Virus record (IMG/VR): IMGVR_UViG_3300042691_038938
DNA length: 64,000 nt
Source of the DNA: a virus
Taxonomy: Duplodnaviria; Caudoviricetes
Strand: one strand, 5' to 3'
The position numbers were made by a program, and so were the translations under genes. This document shows, piece by piece, positions 46,186 to 54,195 of this stretch; positions within the stretch are counted from its first letter, which is position 1; the number at the start of each line of letters is the position of its first letter. The notes beneath the pieces were generated by a model. That model was given only the letters and a program-made list of their open reading frames with translations, was not told the DNA's origin and ran no database searches.

Positions 46186-47361
46186 TTACAAGGTCGCGTA
46201 GTCTGCGAACTGTAAGTCATATCCGCTGTTAGCTCCTTTTGCGAAGAGCTGGCCAGCAGCTGCCTTTAATTCGTATTTGTTCTCTAATTCAATTCCCGAG
46301 TTGTTGGATCCCAAGTAGGTCAAGGAGTTCACGACATCCCAGATCGACATGCCCGTTCGGATGAAGCTCTTCTGGCGATCGTTCAGCTTCATTGGGTCCT
46401 GACCCTTTTGCACTATTCTGGCCATGGTATTGTTGTAGCCGTCGAAGTAGTTGCGTTGCACCGCATCGATGAAGTTCTTCTTGAACTGTGGGTCGTCCTC
46501 CTTCACCTTGCGCTGCACGCTTAGCATTGCCTGCTCAACTTCAGTAAGACTCGCTTTAGTGGAGACCGCACGTTCCAATGACTGTTGAAAGCCTAATGGA
46601 ACAAAGTCCGCCTTCTTCATCGCTTCTATGTTGTTAAGGAAGGTACGAATGTCCTCGGCATCTGTGCCTCCTAGACGAAACTTCTCTGCGAAGTTTAGGT
46701 CACGGTTTCCACCGATGGCTCCGCTTCCTAGGCTTACTCGTAACCCATTGGAGCATACTAATCTCTGGTTGTAGGTCTCAATGATGGTGTCACGAGTGGT
46801 CTGCATGATGGAGAAGCCGAACTTAAAGAACTCGTCCTTGCCTGCTCCTGGGAAACCTACCTCGTTTTGATTTAAGAAGTTGATCTCGACCGAGCCGGAG
46901 TAAGGGTTGTGGTCGATGGTCTCTATCATCAGGGAAGGGTGCTCGTTCATGATCTTGCTCGTGATATCGAAGAGCGAGTCGGTGGTCACTCGACGGTAAC
47001 GCTTAGGATCGCAGACGTCGACGATCTCGCGAGTGCTAACGTTCGCTATTAGCAGGACTGAAGCTCCGCCCTGACGCTGACGATAATCGTTTAGTGCGTT
47101 CATCAGTGCTGCAGCAACCTTGCCGTCCTCGTTCTTGATGAACTCTCGAGTAAGGGAGGCGTTCATCTTCATCATGCTCGCTAGCTTGATAAAGAAGTTC
47201 TGAGCCACCTTGACTGGCTGGCCTGACACCTCTATCTGACCCTTAAGGAACGATTGGTCGCTGAGCTTGATCGCTGAGGTAGGCACCTCTTTAGTAGCAA
47301 ACTCGTTGGACACCATCGCCTCGCGAATGGCATCGAATTGTGATTGTGTTACTTCTCTCAT
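46186..47361 (-). CDS. DUF932-like protein
   Basis: YNQRLVCSNGL resembles the DUF932 RxVCxNGL motif. Confidence 0.55.
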   Translation of the reverse strand: MREVTQSQFDAIREAMVSNEFATKEVPTSAIKLSDQSFLKGQIEVSGQPVKVAQNFFIKLASMMKMNASLTREFIKNEDGKVAAALMNALNDYRQRQGGASVLLIANVSTREIVDVCDPKRYRRVTTDSLFDITSKIMNEHPSLMIETIDHNPYSGSVEINFLNQNEVGFPGAGKDEFFKFGFSIMQTTRDTIIETYNQRLVCSNGLRVSLGSGAIGGNRDLNFAEKFRLGGTDAEDIRTFLNNIEAMKKADFVPLGFQQSLERAVSTKASLTEVEQAMLSVQRKVKEDDPQFKKNFIDAVQRNYFDGYNNTMARIVQKGQDPMKLNDRQKSFIRTGMSIWDVVNSLTYLGSNNSGIELENKYELKAAAGQLFAKGANSGYDLQFADYATL

Positions 47362-47426
47362 TGTCTCTTTGTTTTTAGTTGATTTGACTTATTTATATTA
47401 TACTAATTTTCTGGTCTACTTTAAAA
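47362..47426 (-). promoter_or_regulatory. Variant early-type promoter
   Basis: TTTAAA-N17-TATAAT with A-rich leader. Confidence 0.6.
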
Positions 47427-47437
47427 TTTGGGGACGA

Positions 47438-48556
47438 TTAATTTTCGTCGTCCCCTTCGATTTCTACTAGGTCCTGATCCTCCTCTTCTACGGAGTGATC
47501 GTCGAACGTTCTGCCCAAGAAGACCTGCTCAAAGCGTAGGCTCAAGTCCTGCTGACGCAAGGTCTCGACGTTCTCCATTGAGCGTAGCTCCTCGGTCTCA
47601 GCATAGCGTGTAACGTCGTACACCACCTGACCTTCCTCGTTCAGCTTGTAGTAGAGACGTTTGCCCGTACCGCTGCCGCCTCGACGGTTCTTTGAGAACT
47701 CTAGGTAGCGTAGGCCAGTCGAGTCGAAACGGATCTCAACCATTGCCGTAGTTGCATGCTTAAGATATGTAGAACCAACGTACTGCCCTCCCTTCGTCAT
47801 GTGCTGGATGGCCAACACTGCACAGCCGTTCTTCTCTGCCGCATCGATCATCATGTTAGTCATCCACGACTCGGCTTTAGTTGACTTCCAACCATGTACT
47901 TCCTTGAGCTTTACTAACACGTCCTGATAAGAGTCTAAGAGGATGATGTCGTAGTCGCCGTTGAAGGTCTTCTCGAGGACGGGTGCAAGCTGATTAGACT
48001 TCACGTAATCCATGAGCAAGAGTGTGGGCACGCGACCGATGGCAGGGGTCTTACGATAGTAGAACATGATGTCGTTTCTGGTCATCTCGCTGGAGATGTA
48101 TAGGATCCTTGCCTCGGGGTTTTGGTCCACGACAGATGCCAAGAGATCCAGCATGACAGTTGACTTACCGACGCCTGACTCGCCGATGACGATGTTCACA
48201 GTACCGCCGTAGATACCGCCACCTTCCTCATGGTCTGAGAAGAGATCGTCGATCTTTTTGCCTGTACGGAAGAGACCGAAGTTAGGGAACTCCATGTCCT
48301 CCACCCTTACTATCTGAGGCTCTACTACGGAGTGAACTGATGCAGTATGTTCGCTGCGTTCGTAGTGACCCTCGGCCACGATCTTCTTGATGACTCCATT
48401 GAAGAGCCCGTATGAGATCTCCTCGGGCCTTTCACCCGCGTCGAATTCCTGGAACAGGTCCAGTACCTTTGAGCGAGTCGGCACGACTCCTTCGTAAGCG
48501 TCATTAAACCACTGTCTAACGATTTGCTCCTTCTTTCCTCCTGTGATTTCAATCAT
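47438..48556 (-). CDS. RadA/Sms-like RecA-fold ATPase
   Basis: GESGVGKST, LYISSE, ILLDSYQ, QHMTKGGQYVG, KNRRGG; no Zn finger or Lon-like domain. Confidence 0.75.
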   Translation of the reverse strand: MIEITGGKKEQIVRQWFNDAYEGVVPTRSKVLDLFQEFDAGERPEEISYGLFNGVIKKIVAEGHYERSEHTASVHSVVEPQIVRVEDMEFPNFGLFRTGKKIDDLFSDHEEGGGIYGGTVNIVIGESGVGKSTVMLDLLASVVDQNPEARILYISSEMTRNDIMFYYRKTPAIGRVPTLLLMDYVKSNQLAPVLEKTFNGDYDIILLDSYQDVLVKLKEVHGWKSTKAESWMTNMMIDAAEKNGCAVLAIQHMTKGGQYVGSTYLKHATTAMVEIRFDSTGLRYLEFSKNRRGGSGTGKRLYYKLNEEGQVVYDVTRYAETEELRSMENVETLRQQDLSLRFEQVFLGRTFDDHSVEEEDQDLVEIEGDDEN

Positions 48557-48621
48557 AATTCTGCTTTTTTTATTGGTTTGACTTAAGATTATAGTACTAA
48601 ATTTCCGGTAAACTTTAAAAC
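48557..48621 (-). promoter_or_regulatory. Variant early-type promoter
   Basis: TTTAAA-N17-TACTAT. Confidence 0.6.
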
Positions 48622-49047
48622 TTATTGCGATAAATCTTTCAGTCTCTGAAGTTCTTCCGCTGTGAAGTTCTGAAGTCCTTTAGCTTGCACCAAGTCTAGC
48701 AACTCGTCGAGACTCATGGTACACTTCTTCTTGACGTTACCGAATTCCCTGTCCCACTCCGCGCTCATGGGTTTGAAGTGCTCAAAGAAACCCTCACTTA
48801 GGTTGGCAGAGGCCTGATCGCCCTCGACCCACACGATGATTGGTAACTGATCCTCCATTTCGGCCTCAACCTCCTTAAAGATCTGCACGATCTGTGCGGG
48901 ACTCTTGTCAGTACCGATGATTGATATGACACCAAACGGAGAACCTGCTCCCACAGAGGTCTCTCTACACCCGATACGTTCGATTGCTTGTTGGTCACCT
49001 TGAGTTGGAATTGGCATTCCGAACCTGATTAAAAATACTTTTTTCAT
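48622..49047 (-). CDS. Hypothetical protein with DUF6576-like C-terminal motif
   Basis: LDELLDLVQAKGLQNFTAEELQRL. Confidence 0.65.
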   Translation of the reverse strand: MKKVFLIRFGMPIPTQGDQQAIERIGCRETSVGAGSPFGVISIIGTDKSPAQIVQIFKEVEAEMEDQLPIIVWVEGDQASANLSEGFFEHFKPMSAEWDREFGNVKKKCTMSLDELLDLVQAKGLQNFTAEELQRLKDLSQ

Positions 49048-49131
49048 CTGCTTTTGTTTTTAAGTTTATATAGTAAATATACTACTAAAGAACCCAAATG
49101 TACAATCCTGGCGTGAGTAAATTCGGGAGAC
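49048..49131 (-). promoter_or_regulatory. Repeated early-type promoter element 1
   Basis: GTCTCCCG...AGGATTGTACA-N17-TATATTTAC...TTAAAAACAAAAG. Confidence 0.85.
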
Positions 49132-49171
49132 GCGACCTGCCTGGACTAGCTCCATTACTACGGAGTAAAAC

Positions 49172-49200
49172 AAAAAAGCCAGCCTCTTGCGAAGCTGGCC
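49172..49200 (-). terminator. Rho-independent terminator
   Basis: GCCAGC-N10-GCTGGC plus T6 on -. Confidence 0.75.
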
Positions 49201-49225
49201 GACCCGGAAAAGCAGGAACCTAGGT

Positions 49226-49411
49226 CTAATTACTTATCTGAACTCCAACAGTCTGCCACTGTGTTATGGTGTACTCAAAGCCTTCCTCTTCGGGCATGGC
49301 CATCTTTAATCTCTCTCTGACATCAAGCGCTCTGGCAACCGTAGTTATCGATCTCTTATCAGTGGAGAAGTAATGCTTCCCATCCTTGCTTACGTTTATC
49401 TCGTACCACAT
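49226..49411 (-). CDS. Hypothetical protein
   Basis: 61 aa, coupled to upstream gene. Confidence 0.7.
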   Translation of the reverse strand: MWYEINVSKDGKHYFSTDKRSITTVARALDVRERLKMAMPEEEGFEYTITQWQTVGVQISN

Positions 49412-49416
49412 GTCTC

Positions 49417-49848
49417 CTAAAATTCGATTACTCCTGAGATTACTAGATTGAGTGGAACAGGGTCCTCATCATTGTGAGAGGTCTTCACGAGCCACTCTCC
49501 CTCCTGAGTGAACAGGTATCCATACTCCTCGATGTCTGACTTAAAGAATGAAGAGACTGACTCGTCCTTACGTGGATCAGTGTCGTCCTCACCTCGGTCT
49601 CTGCCGTATGCGACTGTGACTCCCTTCTCCCGCTGGTCATAGTCGAAGCCGTGTGGGCCGGTTGGGTGCACCTTCTTGCCCAGTAGCGATAGGTCTCCTA
49701 GAGCGATGAGGTCCTTCACCTTCTCTGGGTCTTGATAGTGGGTGTGTAGGATGAACCCGTTGTATTCGATGTAACCGTCACTGTGACAGTATACTGAGAG
49801 AACTGAGCCGTCCTCTTGCTCCATTGCGATTCTTGATCTTGTTGCCAT
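49417..49848 (-). CDS. Conserved phage hypothetical protein
   Basis: MATRSRI...SVYCHSDGY. Confidence 0.75.
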   Translation of the reverse strand: MATRSRIAMEQEDGSVLSVYCHSDGYIEYNGFILHTHYQDPEKVKDLIALGDLSLLGKKVHPTGPHGFDYDQREKGVTVAYGRDRGEDDTDPRKDESVSSFFKSDIEEYGYLFTQEGEWLVKTSHNDEDPVPLNLVISGVIEF

Positions 49849-49933
49849 GCTGCTTTTGTTTTTAAGTTTATATAGTAAATATACTAAGATTCTTGTGACT
49901 TGTACAATCCAGTGGACCTAAAAGTCGGGAGAC
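49849..49933 (-). promoter_or_regulatory. Repeated early-type promoter element 2
   Basis: Same consensus; spacer identical to elements 3 and 4. Confidence 0.85.
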
Positions 49934-49941
49934 GGTGCCGC

Positions 49942-50175
49942 CTACTGCGGGAAGAGAAAGTCCTGCACTTCTTTGAGTAGACCCGGATACTCGTCCTCAC
50001 TGAAGGTGTCTCCATACTGGTCAGTCATGAAGGTATCGATGACAGCTTCTTCCTGAGTCAAGATCTCGGTGTAGACAATCGTGATCTCCTCTTCCTCGTC
50101 GTTTAATATGTATTCACGTACGATTACTGGGTTCTTTTCTTCTTGCTTGAGCAATTCAAATCTTGGTGTTTTCAT
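49942..50175 (-). CDS. Acidic hypothetical protein
   Basis: Between two promoter elements. Confidence 0.7.
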   Translation of the reverse strand: MKTPRFELLKQEEKNPVIVREYILNDEEEEITIVYTEILTQEEAVIDTFMTDQYGDTFSEDEYPGLLKEVQDFLFPQ

Positions 50176-50257
50176 CTGCTTTTGTTTTTAAGTTATAAGT
50201 AAATATACTAAGATTCTTGTGACTTGTACAATCCTGCCGTGACAGAAATCAAGAGAC
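50176..50257 (-). promoter_or_regulatory. Repeated early-type promoter element 3
   Basis: Same consensus. Confidence 0.85.
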
Positions 50258-50283
50258 GTTATTCCTCTTCCGTTACATGGTTT

Positions 50284-50499
50284 CTAAATTTCAATAATAT
50301 CAACATCAGTTACTTCAAACGAAAATATATCAAGCTCATCAATCACTTCCTCGTCATATCCGTATTCATCTGCCATCATCTTTTTAACCTCATCTTCGGC
50401 CTGCTCGGACTCTTTGCATTTGATATGAAAGATAACCGGGCTATCTAGCCCAACTGAGTATCCCTCATCTGATACTACTACGCAAAATAATTTCTTCAT
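50284..50499 (-). CDS. Acidic hypothetical protein flanked by the direct repeat
   Basis: 71 aa. Confidence 0.7.
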   Translation of the reverse strand: MKKLFCVVVSDEGYSVGLDSPVIFHIKCKESEQAEDEVKKMMADEYGYDEEVIDELDIFSFEVTDVDIIEI

Positions 50500-50581
50500 G
50501 GTTTCTGCTTTTAAGTTATAGTATAAATATACTAAGATTCTTGTGACTTGTACAATCCTGCCGTGGCAGAAATCAAGAGAC
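50500..50581 (-). promoter_or_regulatory. Repeated early-type promoter element 4
   Basis: Same consensus. Confidence 0.85.
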
Positions 50582-50582
50582 G

Positions 50583-50789
50583 CTATTCCTCTTCCGTTAC
50601 ATGGTGAGCCTCGATCTCGAAAGAGTTGTTCTCTAAAAAAGAGTTGAGTGCGGGCTGCTCTCCCTTAAAGTAGACGATTGCGGATGGGCCTCCTGCGCCA
50701 AGATGAGTCCACTCCAATCCTTCGTACTCTAGCTCGTGTATTACTGAGTCCACCTTTTCTGGGTCTACAAAAATGCTGAATGCTTTCAT
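50583..50789 (-). CDS. Hypothetical protein
   Basis: 68 aa. Confidence 0.7.
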   Translation of the reverse strand: MKAFSIFVDPEKVDSVIHELEYEGLEWTHLGAGGPSAIVYFKGEQPALNSFLENNSFEIEAHHVTEEE

Positions 50790-50868
50790 GGGTTTGATTT
50801 AAGTTATAAGTAAATATACAAAGACTAATTAGTATTGTACACTTCTACGGAGTAAACTTTCGGGAGAC
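50790..50868 (-). promoter_or_regulatory. Repeated early-type promoter element 5
   Basis: Consensus, with CTACGGAGT between the -35 and the GAGAC box. Confidence 0.85.
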
Positions 50869-50872
50869 CTGG

Positions 50873-51142
50873 CTAGAAGGTTGCCTTAGTCTCCATCGCG
50901 AAGACGAGCTCCACGCCCCACGGAAACTTATAGGCTCTGAACCCACCTGTCCCTGTAGACATAGTCTCTTCTGAATTCTGCATTGCGTTGACTAGAAGAA
51001 TCGCCGCAGTTCTTTTTAAATCATCTATCGTCGGCATCTCACCTCTCCATTTCCAATCAACCTGTACCATGTAGTCGTGCACCTTTTGAAAATCGAATCT
51101 ATCGATGATCTGTCCTATCGTCTCTGCGTGTTTCTGTTCCAT
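50873..51142 (-). CDS. Hypothetical protein
   Basis: FDFQKVHDYM...W...STGTGGF. Confidence 0.7.
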   Translation of the reverse strand: MEQKHAETIGQIIDRFDFQKVHDYMVQVDWKWRGEMPTIDDLKRTAAILLVNAMQNSEETMSTGTGGFRAYKFPWGVELVFAMETKATF

Positions 51143-51151
51143 CTTTCCTGC

Positions 51152-51361
51152 TTATTGGTTTTCTAATCGGGTTAACTTCTTGTTTAGGGTCTTTAGCCTG
51201 CCCTTGAGTCTCTTGGTCTCGAGCCTACGTAGGTAGGGACCGTGATTGTAGGTGCTGCCTTCCCATGCCATGGTCCAAACAGTCTTATCGTTCTTTAGGA
51301 ACTCTATCCTTGCGTCGATCTTTTGGATGAGGTCTAATATCTCCTGTCTAGTCATCGCCAC
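51152..51361 (-). CDS. Hypothetical protein
   Basis: Coupled by stop/start overlap. Confidence 0.65.
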   Translation of the reverse strand: MAMTRQEILDLIQKIDARIEFLKNDKTVWTMAWEGSTYNHGPYLRRLETKRLKGRLKTLNKKLTRLENQ

Positions 51362-51603
51362 TACTTTAGAATGAATACTGTCTCTTCCTCGTGGATGCCC
51401 TCTTCTGTGTCCAGTCCAAGTCCTTCCATGATGGGCTCAAACTCTTCCTGATTCTTGACCAGGACCATGAATCCAGGATCGTCGGTAATATCCTCTCCAC
51501 AGTTTAGGAAGCCCAAATAACCTGAGCTATTAGGATTGAGTTGGAAATCGTTCTTTACCTTGAGTAGGAATAGAACACCGGCTTTGAATTCTTCTTTAGT
51601 CAT
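51361..51603 (-). CDS. Hypothetical protein
   Basis: Directly after promoter element. Confidence 0.7.
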   Translation of the reverse strand: MTKEEFKAGVLFLLKVKNDFQLNPNSSGYLGFLNCGEDITDDPGFMVLVKNQEEFEPIMEGLGLDTEEGIHEEETVFILK

Positions 51604-51685
51604 CTGCTTTTGTTTTTAAGTTATAAGTAAATATAATAAAAACTTGGGTATGAGTACAATCCTATGATGGGTAAATTCAGGAGAC
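51604..51685 (-). promoter_or_regulatory. Repeated early-type promoter element 6
   Basis: Same consensus. Confidence 0.85.
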
Positions 51686-51701
51686 TCGGTGCCAAGTCGG
51701 C

Positions 51702-51998
51702 TCAGTAACCCTCTTCTCCAAAAAACGCGGTTGCCGTTATGCTATATGACTTTCCTTCAAGCATAAATGAGATTTCCCAGATATCATCAAAGTGATTCTT
51801 TCTGCCGGTTAGCTCTACCTCTGTTTCCATTAGCTCTACTAATTTCTCAAGGGTGCTAGTTCCATAATCGTCGGCTCCTATACTTTGGGCATGGACTCCA
51901 TCAACTAACATAGTATTCGTTACTTGCCAGTTCTCCATCCAATTCGATCCCATGTACCAATCAAAGAGTCCATCAATCGTTGTTGTTGCGGTATTCAT
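51702..51998 (-). CDS. Hypothetical protein
   Basis: 98 aa. Confidence 0.7.
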   Translation of the reverse strand: MNTATTTIDGLFDWYMGSNWMENWQVTNTMLVDGVHAQSIGADDYGTSTLEKLVELMETEVELTGRKNHFDDIWEISFMLEGKSYSITATAFFGEEGY

Positions 51999-52058
51999 CT
52001 GCTTTTGTTTTTAAGTTATAAGTAAATATAATAAACGCTTGAGCATTTGTACAATCCT
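51999..52058 (-). promoter_or_regulatory. Repeated early-type promoter element 7 (no GAGAC box)
   Basis: -35, -10 and leader conserved. Confidence 0.8.
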
Positions 52059-52067
52059 GTTGAAAGA

Positions 52068-52985
52068 TTATTCGTTTATTTGAAATCCGCTAGCGTACTT
52101 AAGAAATTCCTCAAACTCGATTCCTAGTCTCTCCATTACTAACGTGCTTAGTTTGATGGGTCTCCCTCCATATTGAGTAGATTCACTGGCAGGGTCGACT
52201 ACTCTTATGATAAAAGGGGACAGCTCATCTTCTTGTAAAATCCTAATCAGTCTAGAAGTAGTTGAGCAAAAGGTTGTCCCGAAAAAGAAATGCCATGGAC
52301 GACCATTGCTTTTTAGGAATACCTCTTCTTTGATCTCAAAGACGGACTCCAATAGCTCCTTGACCTGGATCTTTCCATATGGATCCTTTTTCCCGTATTC
52401 CACATCGATCACGTCAATTAGTTCGTCGTCAACACCAAAAGATTCTTTAAGATTAGCGAGTGCATCTTTTCTTACCATGAAGTCCTCATCCACGCATAAC
52501 TTGACTAGAAGATCCTTCGGTGTCATTTCATGTTTAGCCGCTCGGCATCTCTCAACCCAATTAAAAGATTTGGAAAATCTCTCCAATATCTCGAGCCGAG
52601 TGGAGTCAAGAGTGTTTTGGTGACGAAGTATTTCGGATTGTAGATCCGGCTCCTCCTTTGCAAACTTAGAAAGAATTTCAGCTGGACAGAAAGGGGAGCT
52701 CACGTATTTCTTCCTTGTCGCAAGTGACTTCACGTTAGGGTCAAACTTCTCCTCCTTAGTCGAGACCTCGATTGATTCGATCTCATAGGTTCCAATGGAC
52801 ATCGACCGTGAATCTCTTCCGTATGAGTCGATCACGTTACACATGTATTCATGGATCTTTTGATTGGCCACTTTCTCGGCATCCTCTTGGCTTTCTCCAT
52901 GAACCATGAAAGTCTTAGTTGGCATAAAGGACGGGCGTCGTTGTGCGCTCGATGTTCTCTTAAATTGTACGCGATACCTTTTCAT
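52068..52985 (-). CDS. Protein with HEAT/LRV-like repeats
   Basis: CPAEILSKFA, TPKDLLVKLCVDEDFMVR. Confidence 0.6.
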   Translation of the reverse strand: MKRYRVQFKRTSSAQRRPSFMPTKTFMVHGESQEDAEKVANQKIHEYMCNVIDSYGRDSRSMSIGTYEIESIEVSTKEEKFDPNVKSLATRKKYVSSPFCPAEILSKFAKEEPDLQSEILRHQNTLDSTRLEILERFSKSFNWVERCRAAKHEMTPKDLLVKLCVDEDFMVRKDALANLKESFGVDDELIDVIDVEYGKKDPYGKIQVKELLESVFEIKEEVFLKSNGRPWHFFFGTTFCSTTSRLIRILQEDELSPFIIRVVDPASESTQYGGRPIKLSTLVMERLGIEFEEFLKYASGFQINE

Positions 52986-53065
52986 ACTTCTGTTTTTAAG
53001 TTATAAGTAAATATAACCAAGAATCAGGCATTTGTACAATCCTGGCGTGGGTAAAATCGGGAGAC
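52986..53065 (-). promoter_or_regulatory. Repeated early-type promoter element 8
   Basis: Same consensus. Confidence 0.85.
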
Positions 53066-53068
53066 GCT

Positions 53069-53233
53069 TTACTCCTGCTCTGCAATGGAGCTCACCTCAT
53101 CGAGCAGCGCAATCATCTGAGAAAAGACGAACTCTTCCACCTCGGTCTCGGCGCCTTTCAGCTCCTCTCCATATGCAAGCTTTCTGCCCGTAATAAAGTC
53201 TCTCACTGCTTGTAATCTTTCTTTATCGTTCAT
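53069..53233 (-). CDS. 54-aa hypothetical protein (not in ORF track)
   Basis: MNDKERLQAVRDFITGRKLAYGEE...; fills the gap exactly. Confidence 0.6.
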   Translation of the reverse strand: MNDKERLQAVRDFITGRKLAYGEELKGAETEVEEFVFSQMIALLDEVSSIAEQE

Positions 53234-53234
53234 C

Positions 53235-53492
53235 CTAATAATATTTGATCTTTACTATCGTTACTTGTTGTTCTCCCTTCAGGCTCTTAAGGGTATAAGC
53301 ACCCTTTACCTTAATCGTCTCTAGCACCTTGCGATAGCTAGAGTCAGGATCAGCCACTCTTCCCAAGAACATGCCGACTTCATATGCCTTCTTCAGGTTG
53401 GAGCAGACGGCAAGCGTCTCCACGAGTTCTTGCTCCCACTGGAGACCGGTCTCCCTATTGCTCATTACCAAGTAAACCTCTCTTCTCTTCAT
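53235..53492 (-). CDS. Hypothetical protein
   Basis: Operon packing. Confidence 0.65.
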   Translation of the reverse strand: MKRREVYLVMSNRETGLQWEQELVETLAVCSNLKKAYEVGMFLGRVADPDSSYRKVLETIKVKGAYTLKSLKGEQQVTIVKIKYY

Positions 53493-53730
53493 CCTCTATC
53501 TTTTTTTGTAGGTCCCTAATGAAAGCACAGTCCTCATACTTTTCTTCGCTCTCAAAGTGTCTTAACATCGTCTTTAGAGCTGAGATCTTTTGTGAGACTT
53601 GGTGACCGTCCTCTACTGCCAGGTCGGGAAACCTTTTTAGAGACTCCAGCACCAGCTGCATGAAGAGTGATGGGTCCCGCTCTCGTATCTCCAATAGAGA
53701 TGCCAAGAACTCTTCATCCTGCGGATTCAT
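53455..53730 (-). CDS. Hypothetical protein with UvrB/UvrC-like C-terminal motif
   Basis: EKYEDCAFIRDLQKKI. Confidence 0.55.
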   Translation of the reverse strand: MNPQDEEFLASLLEIRERDPSLFMQLVLESLKRFPDLAVEDGHQVSQKISALKTMLRHFESEEKYEDCAFIRDLQKKIEDEEKRGLLGNEQ

Positions 53731-54031
53731 CCCTCTCCTTCTTTATGGCGGTTAGTACTTGTTCCTCGATCTCTAATACCTTCTCCTCGCCTACTCTCTC
53801 TGAGAGCTCAAGCTTGAGACGATCGTATGCCGATTGTGCACCCTCTATCTTGCTGGTAAAGAAGGGAAGGGGCGTCCCTTTTCCTAGCTCCTTAGCCAGG
53901 TCGAGGTAGATCGCAGTTGATTGGAAAGCTTCTGCCAGTTGGCGTGAGCTCCTCTTAAAGAAGTCTCGGAGACCCTGTTCTTCCAGGTAGTGCTCCTCAT
54001 CTTCGTAAAAAACTATAAATTGTGTGTTCAT
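53714..54031 (-). CDS. Hypothetical protein
   Basis: 105 aa. Confidence 0.7.
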   Translation of the reverse strand: MNTQFIVFYEDEEHYLEEQGLRDFFKRSSRQLAEAFQSTAIYLDLAKELGKGTPLPFFTSKIEGAQSAYDRLKLELSERVGEEKVLEIEEQVLTAIKKERDESAG

Positions 54032-54033
54032 GA

Positions 54034-54195
54034 CTACGGAGTAAAAAGTAAGTAAATCGGCCAGAGAATCAATATCGCCAGCGTCTGTATCGGACCGTTC
54101 ATCTCATATCCCTTGTTACTTAGGTAGAGTAGAGTGGTAAAGCCTGCTGCGGTCCAGAGCAGCAGGCTTAGTATTATGATTATGGTTGTTATCAA
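54034..54195 (-). CDS. Possible 53-aa two-TM peptide (TTG start overlapping the sigma stop)
   Basis: ITTIIIILSLLLWTAAGFTTLLYL...LAILILWPIYLLFTP; its stop lies inside the polar motif. Confidence 0.4.
   Translation of the reverse strand: MITTIIIILSLLLWTAAGFTTLLYLSNKGYEMNGPIQTLAILILWPIYLLFTP
54140..54169 (-). terminator. 11-bp hairpin after the sigma gene
   Basis: AAGCCTGCTGC-N8-GCAGCAGGCTT; short U-tract. Confidence 0.45.

Larger units (their letters stand above)
50200..50605. repeat. 82-bp direct repeat (50200-50281 and 50524-50605, 2 mismatches)
   Basis: Promoter core plus the last codons (HVTEEE-stop) of 50583-50789. Confidence 0.9.

Noticed and set aside
49124-49131. GGGAGAC as a T7-type promoter start or a type IIS cloning scar
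   Set aside because: No TAATACGACTCACTATA upstream; the box varies naturally (GGGAGAC, AGGAGAC, AAGAGAC) and keeps a fixed distance to a different promoter
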